In this document: in pieces, positions 1-9,771 of the stretch
Position numbering within the stretch: the first letter of the stretch is position 1
Layout of the letters: every line of letters begins with the position of its first letter
Assembly: GCA_965261855.1 (NCBI GenBank)
Contig: OZ253488.1
Coordinates: 2,873,388-2,937,387, forward strand
DNA: 64,000 nucleotides
Direction: 5' to 3'
Origin: Phototrophicaceae bacterium
GTDB taxonomy: Bacteria > Chloroflexota > Anaerolineae > Aggregatilineales > Phototrophicaceae
The notes under the pieces: model-generated
Database searches by the model: none
Told to the model about the DNA's origin: nothing
Seen by the model: the letters and a program-made list of their open reading frames with translations, nothing else
Program-made: the position numbers and the translations under genes

Positions 1-828
1 CTCTTCAATTGGCTTGTCGTAAAGCGGAGGATAAGTCGGCTCGTCCTCAATCTGCGGCGGAAGCTCTATCGCGTTGTACCAGTCATCATCGACGCCGGCT
101 ACGACTTTAAGGTGGTGCATCAGGATCTGCGCCGCCTGCGCCAAAGCCTCCTCCGGCCGGATCGTCCCATCCGTCCATAATTCAAGCACCAGCCGATCGT
201 AGTTCGTCCGCTGGCCCACGCGGGCGCGCTCCACTTCAAAGTTCACGCGCCTGATCGGACTGAAGATCGCATCCACCGGCAATTCGCCAATTGGCAACCG
301 ACCGCGCTCTTCCGCCGGGCTGAAACCGCGCCCGGTCTGCACCTCAAACTCCAACTCGATATTGACATTGCGATCATCAACCGTGAAGAGGTAGAGGCTC
401 GGGTTCTCGATTTGCACTTCCGCCGGCGCCCAGATGTCAGCAGCGGTCACTGTGCCTTCGGCCCCACGATGCTCCAGCCGCAAGCGCGAGCTTTCCACAC
501 CATGCAGCACCAAGCGCAACTGCTTGATCTGCAAGATCAACTGCGTCATGTCTTCGCGCACGTGGGGAATCTCGGAAAATTCGTGATGAACATCGGAGAC
601 GCGTATGCTCGTCACCGCCGCGCCCGGCAGCGATGACAGCAACACACGGCGCAGCGCGTTGCCCAAGGTCAAGCCGTAGCCGCTTTCCAATGGGCTGATG
701 ACAAATCGACCGTAATCCTTGGTGATATTCTGGCTCTCCACCTTATGCGGCAGAACCATATTTGCGGTCACCAAATTGGCGTCAATCGCGCCTGCCTCGA
801 CCGTTGCAGACTCTGTTGGATATACCAT
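1..828 (-). CDS. rpoA: DNA-directed RNA polymerase alpha subunit, N-terminal 276 codons (3' end runs off the window start)
   Basis: Own translation of minus strand: MVYPTESATVEAGAIDANLVTANMVLPHKVESQNITKDYGRFVISPLESGYGLTLGNALRRVLLSSLPGAAVTS, the canonical alpha NTD. AAGGAAG SD 9 nt before ATG at 828; in-frame alternative ATG at 759. Follows rpsK. Confidence 0.9.
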   Translation of the reverse strand, partial: MVYPTESATVEAGAIDANLVTANMVLPHKVESQNITKDYGRFVISPLESGYGLTLGNALRRVLLSSLPGAAVTSIRVSDVHHEFSEIPHVREDMTQLILQIKQLRLVLHGVESSRLRLEHRGAEGTVTAADIWAPAEVQIENPSLYLFTVDDRNVNIELEFEVQTGRGFSPAEERGRLPIGELPVDAIFSPIRRVNFEVERARVGQRTNYDRLVLELWTDGTIRPEEALAQAAQILMHHLKVVAGVDDDWYNAIELPPQIEDEPTYPPLYDKPIEE

Positions 829-849
829 ATTGCCAGGCTTCCTTTACAA

Positions 850-1248
850 CTAAACGCGCCGGCGCTTTGGCGGGCGGACGCCATTATGCGGCACCGGAGT
901 CACATCCGAAATTGAACGCACCTTCAAGCCGCTTTGCTGTATAGAACGAATCGCCGCTTCACGACCGGGTCCCGGACCCTTCACAAAGATATCGACCTCT
1001 TTCATGCCATGCTGCTGCGAGTTGGCCGCCGCTGTCTCCGCCGCCATTCGCGCCGCATAAGGCGTATTCTTGCGGCTGCCGGTGAAACCAGAGGTGCCCG
1101 CACTCGCCCAGGTGATCACATTGCCGGACTGGTCGGTCATCGAAACGATGGTGTTATTGAAGGTGGCATGAATATGCGCCTGACCATAAGGTATATTCTT
1201 GAAGACTCGTCTGGCGGTACCGCGCCCGCCCCTGCCTGTTCTCGCCAT
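850..1248 (-). CDS. rpsK: 30S ribosomal protein S11 (uS11)
   Basis: 132-aa ORF with [14 protein letters not shown]...TPYAA...[11 protein letters not shown] signature; position between rpsM and rpoA. Confidence 0.95.
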   Translation of the reverse strand: MARTGRGGRGTARRVFKNIPYGQAHIHATFNNTIVSMTDQSGNVITWASAGTSGFTGSRKNTPYAARMAAETAAANSQQHGMKEVDIFVKGPGPGREAAIRSIQQSGLKVRSISDVTPVPHNGVRPPKRRRV

Positions 1249-1374
1249 TCATTCACTCCGGATGAACTAGTACTTCCTGCTGACGCGCGCCGGCGCAACC
1301 TGCGTCGCGATCGGCCGCTCGCGCTCACTGCTCGTCAAAGTCAATACGCGCTCCGGGCTGTTTCTCGCTCGCCA

Positions 1375-1761
1375 CTATTTCTTCGTGGCGCCACGACGGC
1401 GGCCGCGCCCGGCGACCGTCTGCTTCTTGCCGCGCCGCGTGCGCCCATTGGTGCGCGTCCGCTGCCCGCGAACCGGCAAACGTCGCCGATGCCGCAAGCC
1501 GCGATAAGAATTGATTTCCATCAAGCGTTTAATATTCAGTTGGGTTTGCCGGCGCAAGTCGCCTTCAATCGTCAAGCCGCTGATCAACTCCCGTATGCGC
1601 TGCAATTCGCTCTCGCTTAGATCACGAACGCGCGTGCTCTGGTCGATGCCAGCGCTGTCCAGCAGCTTCTCACTGGTGGATTTGCCAATGCCGTAAATAT
1701 AAGTCAAGCCAATAACGACGCGCTTGTCCCGTGGCAGATCTACGCCTTCTATACGAGCCAT
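1375..1761 (-). CDS. rpsM: 30S ribosomal protein S13 (uS13)
   Basis: [26 protein letters not shown] typical S13 N-terminus. ATG at 1761 preceded by GGAG; the listed ORF start at 1776 is probably an extension. Confidence 0.93.
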   Translation of the reverse strand: MARIEGVDLPRDKRVVIGLTYIYGIGKSTSEKLLDSAGIDQSTRVRDLSESELQRIRELISGLTIEGDLRRQTQLNIKRLMEINSYRGLRHRRRLPVRGQRTRTNGRTRRGKKQTVAGRGRRRGATKK

Positions 1762-1791
1762 ACTCCCACTCCTCAATAAATGCGGACCAAG

Positions 1792-1905
1792 CTAACCTTG
1801 CCGCTGCTTGTGTTTGGGATTCTCACAGATAATCATTACCCGACGCTTGCGCTTGATGACCCGGCATTTGGGGCAGCGGCGCTTGACACTTGCTCCTACT
1901 TTCAT
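1792..1905 (-). CDS. rpmJ: 50S ribosomal protein L36 (bL36), Zn-ribbon type, 37 aa
   Basis: Not in ORF track (<60 aa). Own translation [37 protein letters not shown]; GAAGGAAG SD upstream; position before rpsM. Confidence 0.9.
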   Translation of the reverse strand: MKVGASVKRRCPKCRVIKRKRRVMIICENPKHKQRQG

Positions 1906-2061
1906 GTCTACTTCCTTCAATGCCCTCACAAACTAAATGGCTCAACTCAACCAAACGCGCGCGCTGCTTGGGCATCTCTCGAATGACGCGCGACTGACCA
2001 AACATCAACTTAGCGATACTTCTGCCGCCCCGATGCGCAGCGCAAATGGCAGCAGCAAAGC

Positions 2062-2089
2062 ATTGTATCATAAGCTGTATTTATGTAAA
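2062..2089 (-). promoter_or_regulatory. Candidate sigma70-type promoter for rpmJ-rpsM-rpsK-rpoA
   Basis: Minus strand reads TTTACA-16 nt-TACAAT, about 150 nt upstream of the rpmJ ATG, in the gap after the hydrolase gene. Confidence 0.4.
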
Positions 2090-2105
2090 TGGACAGTTCG
2101 GCATT

Positions 2106-3575
2106 TCAGCCCTCATCCATCCCTTGCTCCACAAACTGCGGCGGACCAAGCTCGAGAAAGCACACAGCGGCTGGTTCTTCCCTTGGCGAATCCAGAAATT
2201 CCCGCATCATCCGCGCCGCGCATTCTTCCGCTTCCAATACGCCGTGACCAAGGTTCGGGAATACGAAATTCCAGCTGGCGCTCAGCTGCGCCGCCGCGAA
2301 GTCAGCCCAATGCGCAGGCGTCGCCGGATCGTATGCGCCAGACAGCAACAGCGCCGGCACATCGCTCGCCACCGCGCGCGCGATGAGCGGCGGCGCCGGC
2401 GACACATCCCAAATCTCACATTGGCCCAGTAAACCTTGGACAACAGGCTCCAGCAAGCGGGCAATCTCTTCCGCGACCTCCCCTTCAATATCCGCAGCGC
2501 CTGGCATGCCAGCGAGTGTTTGGCTCTCGGAACAGCGAATGCCTAGCTCAACCCCCTCGCTTATGAAATCCCAGTCATGCCAGTGTGGCGCTTTTATGAA
2601 ACCGTCAATCAACACAAACAAGCCATATGCGCCGGCGTCAAACATTCCGATGAGTGCAGGAAGAATCGGCGGCGCATCCTTGTGGCGCAGTACGCCGATG
2701 GTCCAAGCCAGGAACTGATCGCCGTTCAAGGTCCAGCCGGTGCTCTCCCCCAAATGGGTTAGCTCGGCTGGCTCGGCATTCATCTTCGCAACTACGCGAT
2801 AGAACATCTCGCGCAGTTCTGGATTCAGCGAATGGCAAGCTGCATCCGCCTGGCAATCTTCAAACAGGCGCTCTAGCGATTGATTGGCGTTGAAAGCCAG
2901 TTCCGCCAGGTCATATCGCGGCGGCGGATACACGCCGTCCAGCGTCATCGACCGAATGCGCTCTGGCGCAATTGTCGCAAGCAGCAGCGCCAATCGGCTG
3001 CCATAAGAATTGCCATAAAGGTTGACCTGATCAAGTTCGAGCGCGACCAGCAGATCATGGATGTCCCAGACGATTGGCATGCTCTGATACTGCGACAAAT
3101 CGATGCCCTGCTCGCTGAGGCGCTGGCGGCAATCGTGAATCCAATTCTCATCCTCGGCGCCGCTTTCCTCCGGGCAATCCAGCGACGGCAGCGACAGTCC
3201 CGTCCCCCGCTGATCAACCAGGATGATCTCGTAATTTTCCCCTAAAGACGATCCCAGCCAAAACGCCAGATCAGCTGACGAGGCATCGCCCGGTCCCCCC
3301 GCCAGATGCAGGATTGGCTCATTTCCAATGTATTCCGCCGGACGAATGCGCAGGACAAAGAGTTCTACGCGGCGGCTCTTTTCGCCCTCCTCATCACGAT
3401 TCTCCGGCAACCAAGCCCGACCGCAGGCGATTCTGAATTGCTCGTCGCCAGCATCCAACTGAACTGAGGCCGGACACTCCACTTCACTGTAAACAACGCT
3501 GACGTTTTGAGCGCTGACCGCTGGAACCAAAAGGAGAAGCGACGAAACAATAAACACGTGAATAAGCGACGTCAA
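2106..3575 (-). CDS. Secreted alpha/beta hydrolase, S33/TAP-like (tripeptidyl aminopeptidase-like) family
   Basis: 489 aa. N-terminal signal peptide (FIVSSLLLLVPAVSAQ), GNSYGS nucleophile elbow, C-terminal LLLSGAYDPATP...GHGVL TAP-like block. TTG start with AAGGAG SD 9 nt upstream overlapping the end of map. Confidence 0.75.
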   Translation of the reverse strand: MTSLIHVFIVSSLLLLVPAVSAQNVSVVYSEVECPASVQLDAGDEQFRIACGRAWLPENRDEEGEKSRRVELFVLRIRPAEYIGNEPILHLAGGPGDASSADLAFWLGSSLGENYEIILVDQRGTGLSLPSLDCPEESGAEDENWIHDCRQRLSEQGIDLSQYQSMPIVWDIHDLLVALELDQVNLYGNSYGSRLALLLATIAPERIRSMTLDGVYPPPRYDLAELAFNANQSLERLFEDCQADAACHSLNPELREMFYRVVAKMNAEPAELTHLGESTGWTLNGDQFLAWTIGVLRHKDAPPILPALIGMFDAGAYGLFVLIDGFIKAPHWHDWDFISEGVELGIRCSESQTLAGMPGAADIEGEVAEEIARLLEPVVQGLLGQCEIWDVSPAPPLIARAVASDVPALLLSGAYDPATPAHWADFAAAQLSASWNFVFPNLGHGVLEAEECAARMMREFLDSPREEPAAVCFLELGPPQFVEQGMDEG

Positions 3576-3591
3576 TTGAAGGCGCTCCTTT

Positions 3592-4377
3592 TCATGGCAG
3601 CGTCAAAATGCGCGGACCCGCCTCTGTGATCGCAACCGTATGCTCGAAATGGGCTGTCAGCGAACCATCCTTCGTGACCACGGTCCAGCCATCGTCCAAC
3701 TCCACCAAATCGGATCGGCCCGCAATCAACATCGGCTCAATGGCGTAGGTCATGCCCACCTGTAAATCGTAATCCTGCCACTTATGCCGGCTCTTTTTGC
3801 TGTGCCACCAGTTGGGGACTTGCGGCTCCTCGTGCATCGATTTGCCGACGCCGTGGCCCGTATATTCGCGCGCCACGCTATAACCTGATCTGCCCGCGTA
3901 TTTCGCCGTCGCTTTGGCGACATCGCTGATCTTGTTGCCCAATACCGAAGCCGCGATCGCCGCATCCAGCGCCGCATTCGTTGCGTCCAACAGGCGTTTC
4001 GCCGAGCGCGAGATTCCTCCGACCGGATGGGTGAAAGCGGCATCGCCCACGTAGCCTCGATAAAAGCACGCGACATCTATGCCGATAACATCGCCCTCCG
4101 CGAGGGTGCGCCTCTCCGATGGGATGCCATGCACCAACTCCTGATTGATTGACGCCGTGATGGTAGCGGGAAAGGGCGGATGCTCACCGGGCGCATAACC
4201 GAGAAAGCAGGGCTCGGCGCCGTGGTCGCGCAGGACCGTCAGCGCGATCGTATCCAGCGCCTTGGTCGAGACGCCGGGCTCAATTGCGCGCCGCATCTCT
4301 TCATGCGCGATCGCCACAATGCGACCGGCTTCCCGCATGATCTCGAGCTCATCCGCTGTCTTCAATACCGGCGCCAT
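3592..4377 (-). CDS. map: Methionine aminopeptidase type I
   Basis: 261 aa with the characteristic GHGVG...HEEP, YAIEPM and FEHTV blocks; position after adk. Confidence 0.93.
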   Translation of the reverse strand: MAPVLKTADELEIMREAGRIVAIAHEEMRRAIEPGVSTKALDTIALTVLRDHGAEPCFLGYAPGEHPPFPATITASINQELVHGIPSERRTLAEGDVIGIDVACFYRGYVGDAAFTHPVGGISRSAKRLLDATNAALDAAIAASVLGNKISDVAKATAKYAGRSGYSVAREYTGHGVGKSMHEEPQVPNWWHSKKSRHKWQDYDLQVGMTYAIEPMLIAGRSDLVELDDGWTVVTKDGSLTAHFEHTVAITEAGPRILTLP

Positions 4378-4407
4378 AAGACTTGACCTGGCAGAATCTG
4401 ACAGAAC

Positions 4408-5109
4408 CTAAAGCGTCGCCAACGAGCGCCGGATAGCCGCCCAAACATCGTCGATGCTCTGGTCGGCTTTGATCTTGCGCACGATGCCTTTGGCTTCAAA
4501 ATAGTTGATGAGCGGCTGCGTCGTTTCCAGAAAGGTGTCGATGCGCTTGATGATGGCGTCAGCGCTGGCGTCATCGGGCCGGCGCTTCAGCGCTTCTCCG
4601 GTCGCTGCCAGCCTTGCCTCCAAACGCGGCGGAAACTCGCTTCCTGCAGCCGCCCTCCAGTTGAAGTCGACGCCATCGGCGTTGTAATAGTAGTTATAAC
4701 TGGCGCCATCAGCAGCCGATACGCGCCCGAATGCGCGTTTGAAAGCCACATAGAGATCAAGTTCCAGCAGCAGCACCGCGTTGACGCGCGCGTCTTTCTC
4801 CCGCAGATGGCGCTCGAGGAAAGCCGCTTGAATCTGATTGCGCGGGTAGCCATCGAGGATCACGCCCTTCTGCGCATCGGCTTGCGCCAGCCGATCGGCT
4901 ACAATCGCATTGGTCGTATCATCATCAACAAGCTGACCCGAAACCATGATCTCTTGCACTTTTCGCGCGAGATCGTCTGTCCGTGTACGCATTTCCCGAA
5001 AGAGATCGCCGGTTGATACCTGCGGAATGCCGAAATGCTCTTCAATCAGCTTCGCTTGCAAACCCTTGCCGGCGCCTTGCACTCCCATCAAGATTACATA
5101 CAACCTCAT
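4408..5109 (-). CDS. adk: Adenylate kinase (long, Cys-less LID)
   Basis: MRLYVILMGVQGAGKG P-loop start at ATG 5109 with GGGAG SD. The listed ORF start 5247 adds 46 non-homologous residues. LID region lacks the Cys4 Zn motif and is longer than usual. Confidence 0.88.
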   Translation of the reverse strand: MRLYVILMGVQGAGKGLQAKLIEEHFGIPQVSTGDLFREMRTRTDDLARKVQEIMVSGQLVDDDTTNAIVADRLAQADAQKGVILDGYPRNQIQAAFLERHLREKDARVNAVLLLELDLYVAFKRAFGRVSAADGASYNYYYNADGVDFNWRAAAGSEFPPRLEARLAATGEALKRRPDDASADAIIKRIDTFLETTQPLINYFEAKGIVRKIKADQSIDDVWAAIRRSLATL

Positions 5110-5205
5110 CCACCAACTCCCGCTGATTCGTCTCAGTAGTTCCAACAAAGTAGTGAGAATGACTGCCGTACGAAAGAAAATGCCAAAATAATCGAAAACC
5201 TGTTT

Positions 5206-5226
5206 GGGCGAGCCGGTGGCTCGCCC
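5206..5226. repeat. GGGCGAG...CTCGCCC hairpin family member (H1)
   Basis: GGGCGAGCC-GGT-GGCTCGCCC, perfect 9-bp stem, in the secY-adk spacer / adk leader. Confidence 0.6.
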
Positions 5227-5237
5227 ACTCCTGCCAT

Positions 5238-5266
5238 ATATTACCAATCACTTTTCTCACATCTAA
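5238..5266 (-). promoter_or_regulatory. Candidate promoter for adk-map(-hydrolase)
   Basis: Minus strand TTAGAT-17 nt-TAATAT located just downstream of the secY terminator. Confidence 0.35.
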
Positions 5267-5315
5267 CTTGGTACCATTTCTATCCTGGAGCCCTGTACTT
5301 TCAGTCTGGAACGTG

Positions 5316-5356
5316 ACAAAAAGAAAGCCGAGATTATGCAATCGCAATTCTCGGCT
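5316..5356 (-). terminator. Rho-independent terminator after secY
   Basis: Minus strand AGCCGAGA-(14 nt loop)-TCTCGGCT followed by TTCTTTTTGT, about 27 nt after the secY stop. Confidence 0.6.
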
Positions 5357-5382
5357 CGTTCCATTCGACTCGCAGACGCGAT

Positions 5383-6729
5383 CTAGCGCATGAAGCCTTC
5401 GTAGTTCCTCATCACTAGCTGGGCCTCCAATTGGCGCATCGTATCAATGACGACCCCAACAACGATGATTAAGCCGGAACCGGAGATGACCAATCCCGCA
5501 TTAATCACCGCGCCCGATGCCGAAGCTTCCAGTGGGAAGATGATCCGGTTCACCAGGTCAACGACGCCGGGGATGATGGCGATAACGCCAAGGAAAAAGG
5601 CGCCAACGAAGGTAATCCGGCGCGTCGTCGACTTGATGTAATCCTCAGTGCGCTTGCCCGGACGGATGCCCGGTATGAAGCCGCCGTTGCGCTGCAGCGT
5701 CTCCGCCAGGTTCTGATTGCCCACCATCACCTCAGCATAAAAGAAGGTGAAGCCGACCGTCATCAGGAAAAATGTACCCCAATAAAGCAGCCCCTGCTGA
5801 TTGCCAAAGGTGGATTGAATCGTATTGCCCACCATACCCGGCGGGAACAGGCTGGCGATGATGGCTGGAAATGTGATGATCGACTGGGCGAAAATCAGCG
5901 GGATCATGCCGACCGGGTTGACGCGCAGCGGAATAAAGCTGTCCTGTTGCGCGAACTGGCGGTTGCCGCGCACACGGCGTCCGTATTGCACCGGTATCCG
6001 CCGTACGCCCTCTTGAATCACCACCACAGCCAGCACGCTCAGGACGGTGATGACGATGAATAGCGCCAGATTGTAGATGCTGCGATCAGGCTGCTGTGTC
6101 AGCAAGCGAATCAGATTCTGCGGCGCCTGCGCAACAATGCCGGCGAAGATGATGATCGAGATGCCGTTGCCGATGCCCTGCTCGGTGATGAGTTCACCCA
6201 GCCAGATGGCGAACATGGTGCCGGCGGTCATCGTCGTCAGCACGGATACCGTCAAGAGCAGGTTGCTGCCCAAGCCGAAGCCGAATCCAGGGATGATTTC
6301 AGCGCCAGTCCCCGTCGCCAGGTTGAAGATGCTGATCTGGCCCAGCGCCTGCAATACCGCCATCGGGATCGCCACATAATAGGTATAACGCTGGATCTTT
6401 TCTTGACCGCCCGGCTCCCGCTGAATGCGCTCAAGCGCCGGCACAATCGGCACCAGCAACTGGAAGATAATCGAAGCCGTGATGTACGGATACACGCCAT
6501 TGGCGATGACGCTAAAGTTGGCGACCGCGCCGCCCGAGAGCAAGTTCATCACCTGAATCAAATTGCCGGCGCTGCTTCCGCTTTCGAACACCTGCCGCAA
6601 TACGTTGCGATCGACGCCAACAACGGGCACATGCGCGGCAAACTGATAGACGATCAGAATGAAGACGGTGAATAGCAGCTTATTTCGCACATCCGGCAAA
6701 CGCCAGGCGTTTTTCAGTGCTTGAATCAT
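5383..6729 (-). CDS. secY: Preprotein translocase subunit SecY
   Basis: 448-aa polytopic membrane protein with typical SecY N-terminus and TM pattern; position after rplO. Confidence 0.95.
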   Translation of the reverse strand: MIQALKNAWRLPDVRNKLLFTVFILIVYQFAAHVPVVGVDRNVLRQVFESGSSAGNLIQVMNLLSGGAVANFSVIANGVYPYITASIIFQLLVPIVPALERIQREPGGQEKIQRYTYYVAIPMAVLQALGQISIFNLATGTGAEIIPGFGFGLGSNLLLTVSVLTTMTAGTMFAIWLGELITEQGIGNGISIIIFAGIVAQAPQNLIRLLTQQPDRSIYNLALFIVITVLSVLAVVVIQEGVRRIPVQYGRRVRGNRQFAQQDSFIPLRVNPVGMIPLIFAQSIITFPAIIASLFPPGMVGNTIQSTFGNQQGLLYWGTFFLMTVGFTFFYAEVMVGNQNLAETLQRNGGFIPGIRPGKRTEDYIKSTTRRITFVGAFFLGVIAIIPGVVDLVNRIIFPLEASASGAVINAGLVISGSGLIIVVGVVIDTMRQLEAQLVMRNYEGFMR

Positions 6730-6866
6730 AAGACCAATTCCTCATCAATTATGCGAAGCGCGGGCGGCTTCATAATCCGCGCTGGCCGACTCCAGCGACG
6801 CCTAAAAGCTATACGCAAACAGTTGGCGCCGAGTTCTGCCTTAGGCGCTTCGCCTTCGGACGCGAT

Positions 6867-7394
6867 TCAGTCCGCATCTCCATAGAGGCGCTCCATATCA
6901 ACCTTGCGCAACCGCTTGACCGTTGCTCGCGCGCCGGTCACCTTCAGCGCATGGGCATTTACGCTTCCGCCGGCTTTCTCGATTTTTGCCGCCGCGCTCT
7001 TGCTGAATTTGTTGGCATGCACTTCCAGCTTCACCCCCAATTCGCCGCGACCCAGCACCTTGATCGGCTCATCAGCTTTCCGCACCAAGCCAGCCGCCAC
7101 GAGCGATGCGCCGTTGACGACCGCGCCATCCTCAAAGCGCTCCTCAAGCATATCCACATTTACTTCTTGGTAGTGGATGGCGAATATGTTGGTGAAGCCG
7201 CGTTTGAATGGCAAACGCCGAACCAAAGGCAACTGACCGCCCTCAAAGTAGGGACCTTTACCGCCGCCGCTGCGTGCGCCCTGCCCTTTGTGGCCCCGTC
7301 CGGCCGTCTTGCCCTGCCCCGCCGCGATTCCCCGGCCCACGCGCTTGCGTTTGCGCTTGGATCCGGGGTCCGGCTTCAAGTCATGCAGTTTCAT
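6867..7394 (-). CDS. rplO: 50S ribosomal protein L15 (uL15) with C-terminal extension
   Basis: [38 protein letters not shown] typical L15 start at ATG 7394; about 175 aa, longer than the usual ~145. Confidence 0.92.
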   Translation of the reverse strand: MKLHDLKPDPGSKRKRKRVGRGIAAGQGKTAGRGHKGQGARSGGGKGPYFEGGQLPLVRRLPFKRGFTNIFAIHYQEVNVDMLEERFEDGAVVNGASLVAAGLVRKADEPIKVLGRGELGVKLEVHANKFSKSAAAKIEKAGGSVNAHALKVTGARATVKRLRKVDMERLYGDAD

Positions 7395-7593
7395 TTGCTT
7401 CGACCTCTTCAACTTCCACTAGATGGCTGACCTTGGCGATCATGCCGCGGATCTGCGGCGCGTCGCCGATCAGCACACTTTGGCTCATCCGCCGCAAACC
7501 GAGAGACTTGACCGTCTCCTTCTGCCGGCGGTTATAACCAATCGGGCTCTTCACCAAGGTGACCTTCAGCATCTTGCCGCCGCGCTCAGACAT
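7381..7593 (-). CDS. rpmD: 50S ribosomal protein L30 (uL30)
   Basis: [27 protein letters not shown]...[22 protein letters not shown] 8 nt before ATG 7593; alternative ATG at 7572. Confidence 0.9.
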   Translation of the reverse strand: MSERGGKMLKVTLVKSPIGYNRRQKETVKSLGLRRMSQSVLIGDAPQIRGMIAKVSHLVEVEEVEANETA

Positions 7594-8155
7594 TATCGGC
7601 GCTCCGTTCCCGTCGGCGTTCCCAGAACGGCGCCACTTCCTGCGGACGCTTCCCGCGCATCTCCGCGAGCTGCTCGGCGCCGCGAAGCTGCTTCAAGGCA
7701 TCCAGCGTCGCCATCGTCACATTCAGCAGATTGGCGCTGCCCTGGCTCTTGGTCAATACGTTGCGCACGCCGACCACTTCCAAGACCGCGCGCACGCCGC
7801 CGCCAGCGATGACACCGGTGCCGGGCGCAGCCGGCTTCAGCAACACCCGCGCGCCGCCATGTCGTCCGACTACGGTATACGGAATAGTCGTGCCCGATAA
7901 CGATACACTCTCTATATTGCGCCGCGCGCGCTCAGCCGCTTTGCGGATGCTATCCGGCACCGCTCGCGCCTTGCCGATGCCGATGCCCACATTGCCGCGA
8001 TTGTCGCCGACGACCACAACCGTGCGAAAAGCGAAGCGCCTCCCGCCCTTGATCACTTTGGCGACGCGGCGGATATCGACCACGCGCTCATCAAATTCAT
8101 CGCGCTCTTCTTGATTGCGGCGCGAGTCTCGTCTCCTGCGTTCAGCCATTTTCAA
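7586..8155 (-). CDS. rpsE: 30S ribosomal protein S5 (uS5)
   Basis: 189 aa, [22 protein letters not shown] and [15 protein letters not shown] blocks. Confidence 0.95.
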   Translation of the reverse strand: MKMAERRRRDSRRNQEERDEFDERVVDIRRVAKVIKGGRRFAFRTVVVVGDNRGNVGIGIGKARAVPDSIRKAAERARRNIESVSLSGTTIPYTVVGRHGGARVLLKPAAPGTGVIAGGGVRAVLEVVGVRNVLTKSQGSANLLNVTMATLDALKQLRGAEQLAEMRGKRPQEVAPFWERRRERSADNV

Positions 8156-8164
8156 TCTCCACGC

Positions 8165-8539
8165 TTATAATTGCAGACCCGCTTCGCGCGCGCCTTCAGC
8201 AACAGCGGCCACGCGGCCCGTGAACATGAAACCGCCACGATCGAAGACGACGGTCTCGATGCCCGCATCTTTCGCCCGCGCCGCTACCGTTTGACCGACC
8301 TTCTTTGCCGCTTCGACCTTTTTCAATTCGGCCAGTTGCGGCGCCAATTCCTTGTCAATCGTCGAGCACGATACCAGCGTTCGCCCCTCGACATCGTCAA
8401 TCACCTGCACGAAGAGGTGGCGGTTGCTGCGATATACATTCATCCGCGGTCGCGCCGCCGTGCCTGATAATTTCTTTCGCACGCGGCGATGCCGCCGTTT
8501 GCGCGCCTGATATTTCTTTCGACCAACGATATCAGCCAT
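8165..8539 (-). CDS. rplR: 50S ribosomal protein L18 (uL18)
   Basis: 124 aa, [20 protein letters not shown] and [26 protein letters not shown] blocks. Confidence 0.95.
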   Translation of the reverse strand: MADIVGRKKYQARKRRHRRVRKKLSGTAARPRMNVYRSNRHLFVQVIDDVEGRTLVSCSTIDKELAPQLAELKKVEAAKKVGQTVAARAKDAGIETVVFDRGGFMFTGRVAAVAEGAREAGLQL

Positions 8540-8588
8540 CTTCTCTTTCCTCTACCGAACTGACTCAGCGCTCAGGATGTACATGCTT

Positions 8589-9137
8589 CTAACGTTTGCC
8601 CGCCTTGCCAGCCTTGCGGCGCACATATTCGCCCAGGTAACGCACGCCTTTGCCCTTGTATGGTTCCGGCGGACGCCAGCCGCGGATATCGGCCGCCACC
8701 TGCCCGACCACCTGCTTGTCGATGCCATCCACGTGTATGATCGTGCCGCGCGATTCCTGCGGCACTTCAAATGTGATATTGGCCGGCGGCTCGACAATTA
8801 CCTCATGCGAATGACCGAGCCGGAGCTGCAAGCTTTTGCCCTGCAACGACGCTTGATAACCGACGCCTTGTATCTCCAGGGTTTTGCGAAACCCCTCAGA
8901 CACCCCCACCACCATATTTGAAACCAGGGCGCGAGTGAGCCCGTGAAGCGCCTTGTGATGACGCAGGTCCGTCGGGCGCTCCACAATCACTGAGCCGATT
9001 TCCTGACGCATAATCAAGTCCGGACTGAAATCCAGCCTCAGTTCACCTTTGGGTCCGGCGACCGTCACCGTGTTTCTATCGATTTCTACCGTCACCTTTT
9101 CCGGCAACGGAACGGGCTGCTGCCCTACGCGCGACAT
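8589..9137 (-). CDS. rplF: 50S ribosomal protein L6 (uL6)
   Basis: MSRVGQQPVPLPEKVTVEI start at ATG 9137 with AAGGAG SD. The ORF-track start 9191 would overlap rpsH. Confidence 0.93.
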   Translation of the reverse strand: MSRVGQQPVPLPEKVTVEIDRNTVTVAGPKGELRLDFSPDLIMRQEIGSVIVERPTDLRHHKALHGLTRALVSNMVVGVSEGFRKTLEIQGVGYQASLQGKSLQLRLGHSHEVIVEPPANITFEVPQESRGTIIHVDGIDKQVVGQVAADIRGWRPPEPYKGKGVRYLGEYVRRKAGKAGKR

Positions 9138-9153
9138 TTCTTGGCTCCTTTCG

Positions 9154-9567
9154 TTACCAGACGTAACAAAGGACTTCGCCGCCGACGCCATCGCGGCGCG
9201 CCTGCTGCGCCGTCATGACTCCCTTGGGAGTCGTCACGATTGCGATGCCCGTGCCGCTAAGCACAATCGGCAGCTCGCGGCGTTTGCGGTAGACGCGGCG
9301 TCCCGGTTTGCTTATGCGTTGCAGCTGCGTGATGACCGGCTGGCGGTCGCGCCGGGCGCCAAAGTATTTGAGTTGAACCTTTATTAGCGGCACCGGGCTC
9401 TCGTCCCCGATCGAATAATCGTCAATGTATCCTTCTTCTTTGAGGATGCGCGCGATCTCGATCTTGATCGAGCTCTTGGGCACAACCACCTCTGGCATGC
9501 CTCTTGTCAGTGCGTTGCGAATCCGCGTCAACATATCGGCAATTGGATCGTTTGTCACATTAGACAC
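9154..9567 (-). CDS. rpsH: 30S ribosomal protein S8 (uS8)
   Basis: 137 aa, DPIADMLTRIRNA N-terminus. Confidence 0.95.
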   Translation of the reverse strand: MSNVTNDPIADMLTRIRNALTRGMPEVVVPKSSIKIEIARILKEEGYIDDYSIGDESPVPLIKVQLKYFGARRDRQPVITQLQRISKPGRRVYRKRRELPIVLSGTGIAIVTTPKGVMTAQQARRDGVGGEVLCYVW

Positions 9568-9579
9568 TTTGGCCGCCTC

Positions 9580-9762
9580 CTACCAGCTCGACTTTACAAC
9601 ACCGGGAATCTCGCCCTCGAGCGCCATCTCACGGAAACAAATCCGACACAAACCGAAGCGGCGGATGTATCCGCGCGGACGACCGCAGACCTTGCAGCGA
9701 TGGCGCACACGCACCGCGTATTTGCGCCGCTCTTCCCGAAATTGCATACATTTCTTCGCCAT
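9580..9762 (-). CDS. rpsN: 30S ribosomal protein S14 type Z (Zn-binding, 60 aa)
   Basis: [23 protein letters not shown] with CxxC...CxxC; position between rplE and rpsH. Confidence 0.93.
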   Translation of the reverse strand: MAKKCMQFREERRKYAVRVRHRCKVCGRPRGYIRRFGLCRICFREMALEGEIPGVVKSSW

Positions 9763-9771
9763 AGACTCCCT

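Noticed and set aside
5110-5247. 46-codon upstream extension of adk in the ORF track
   Set aside because: It has no similarity to Adk and runs through a hairpin repeat and a promoter-like site. The P-loop start MRLYVILMGVQGAGKG has its own GGGAG SD at the right distance.
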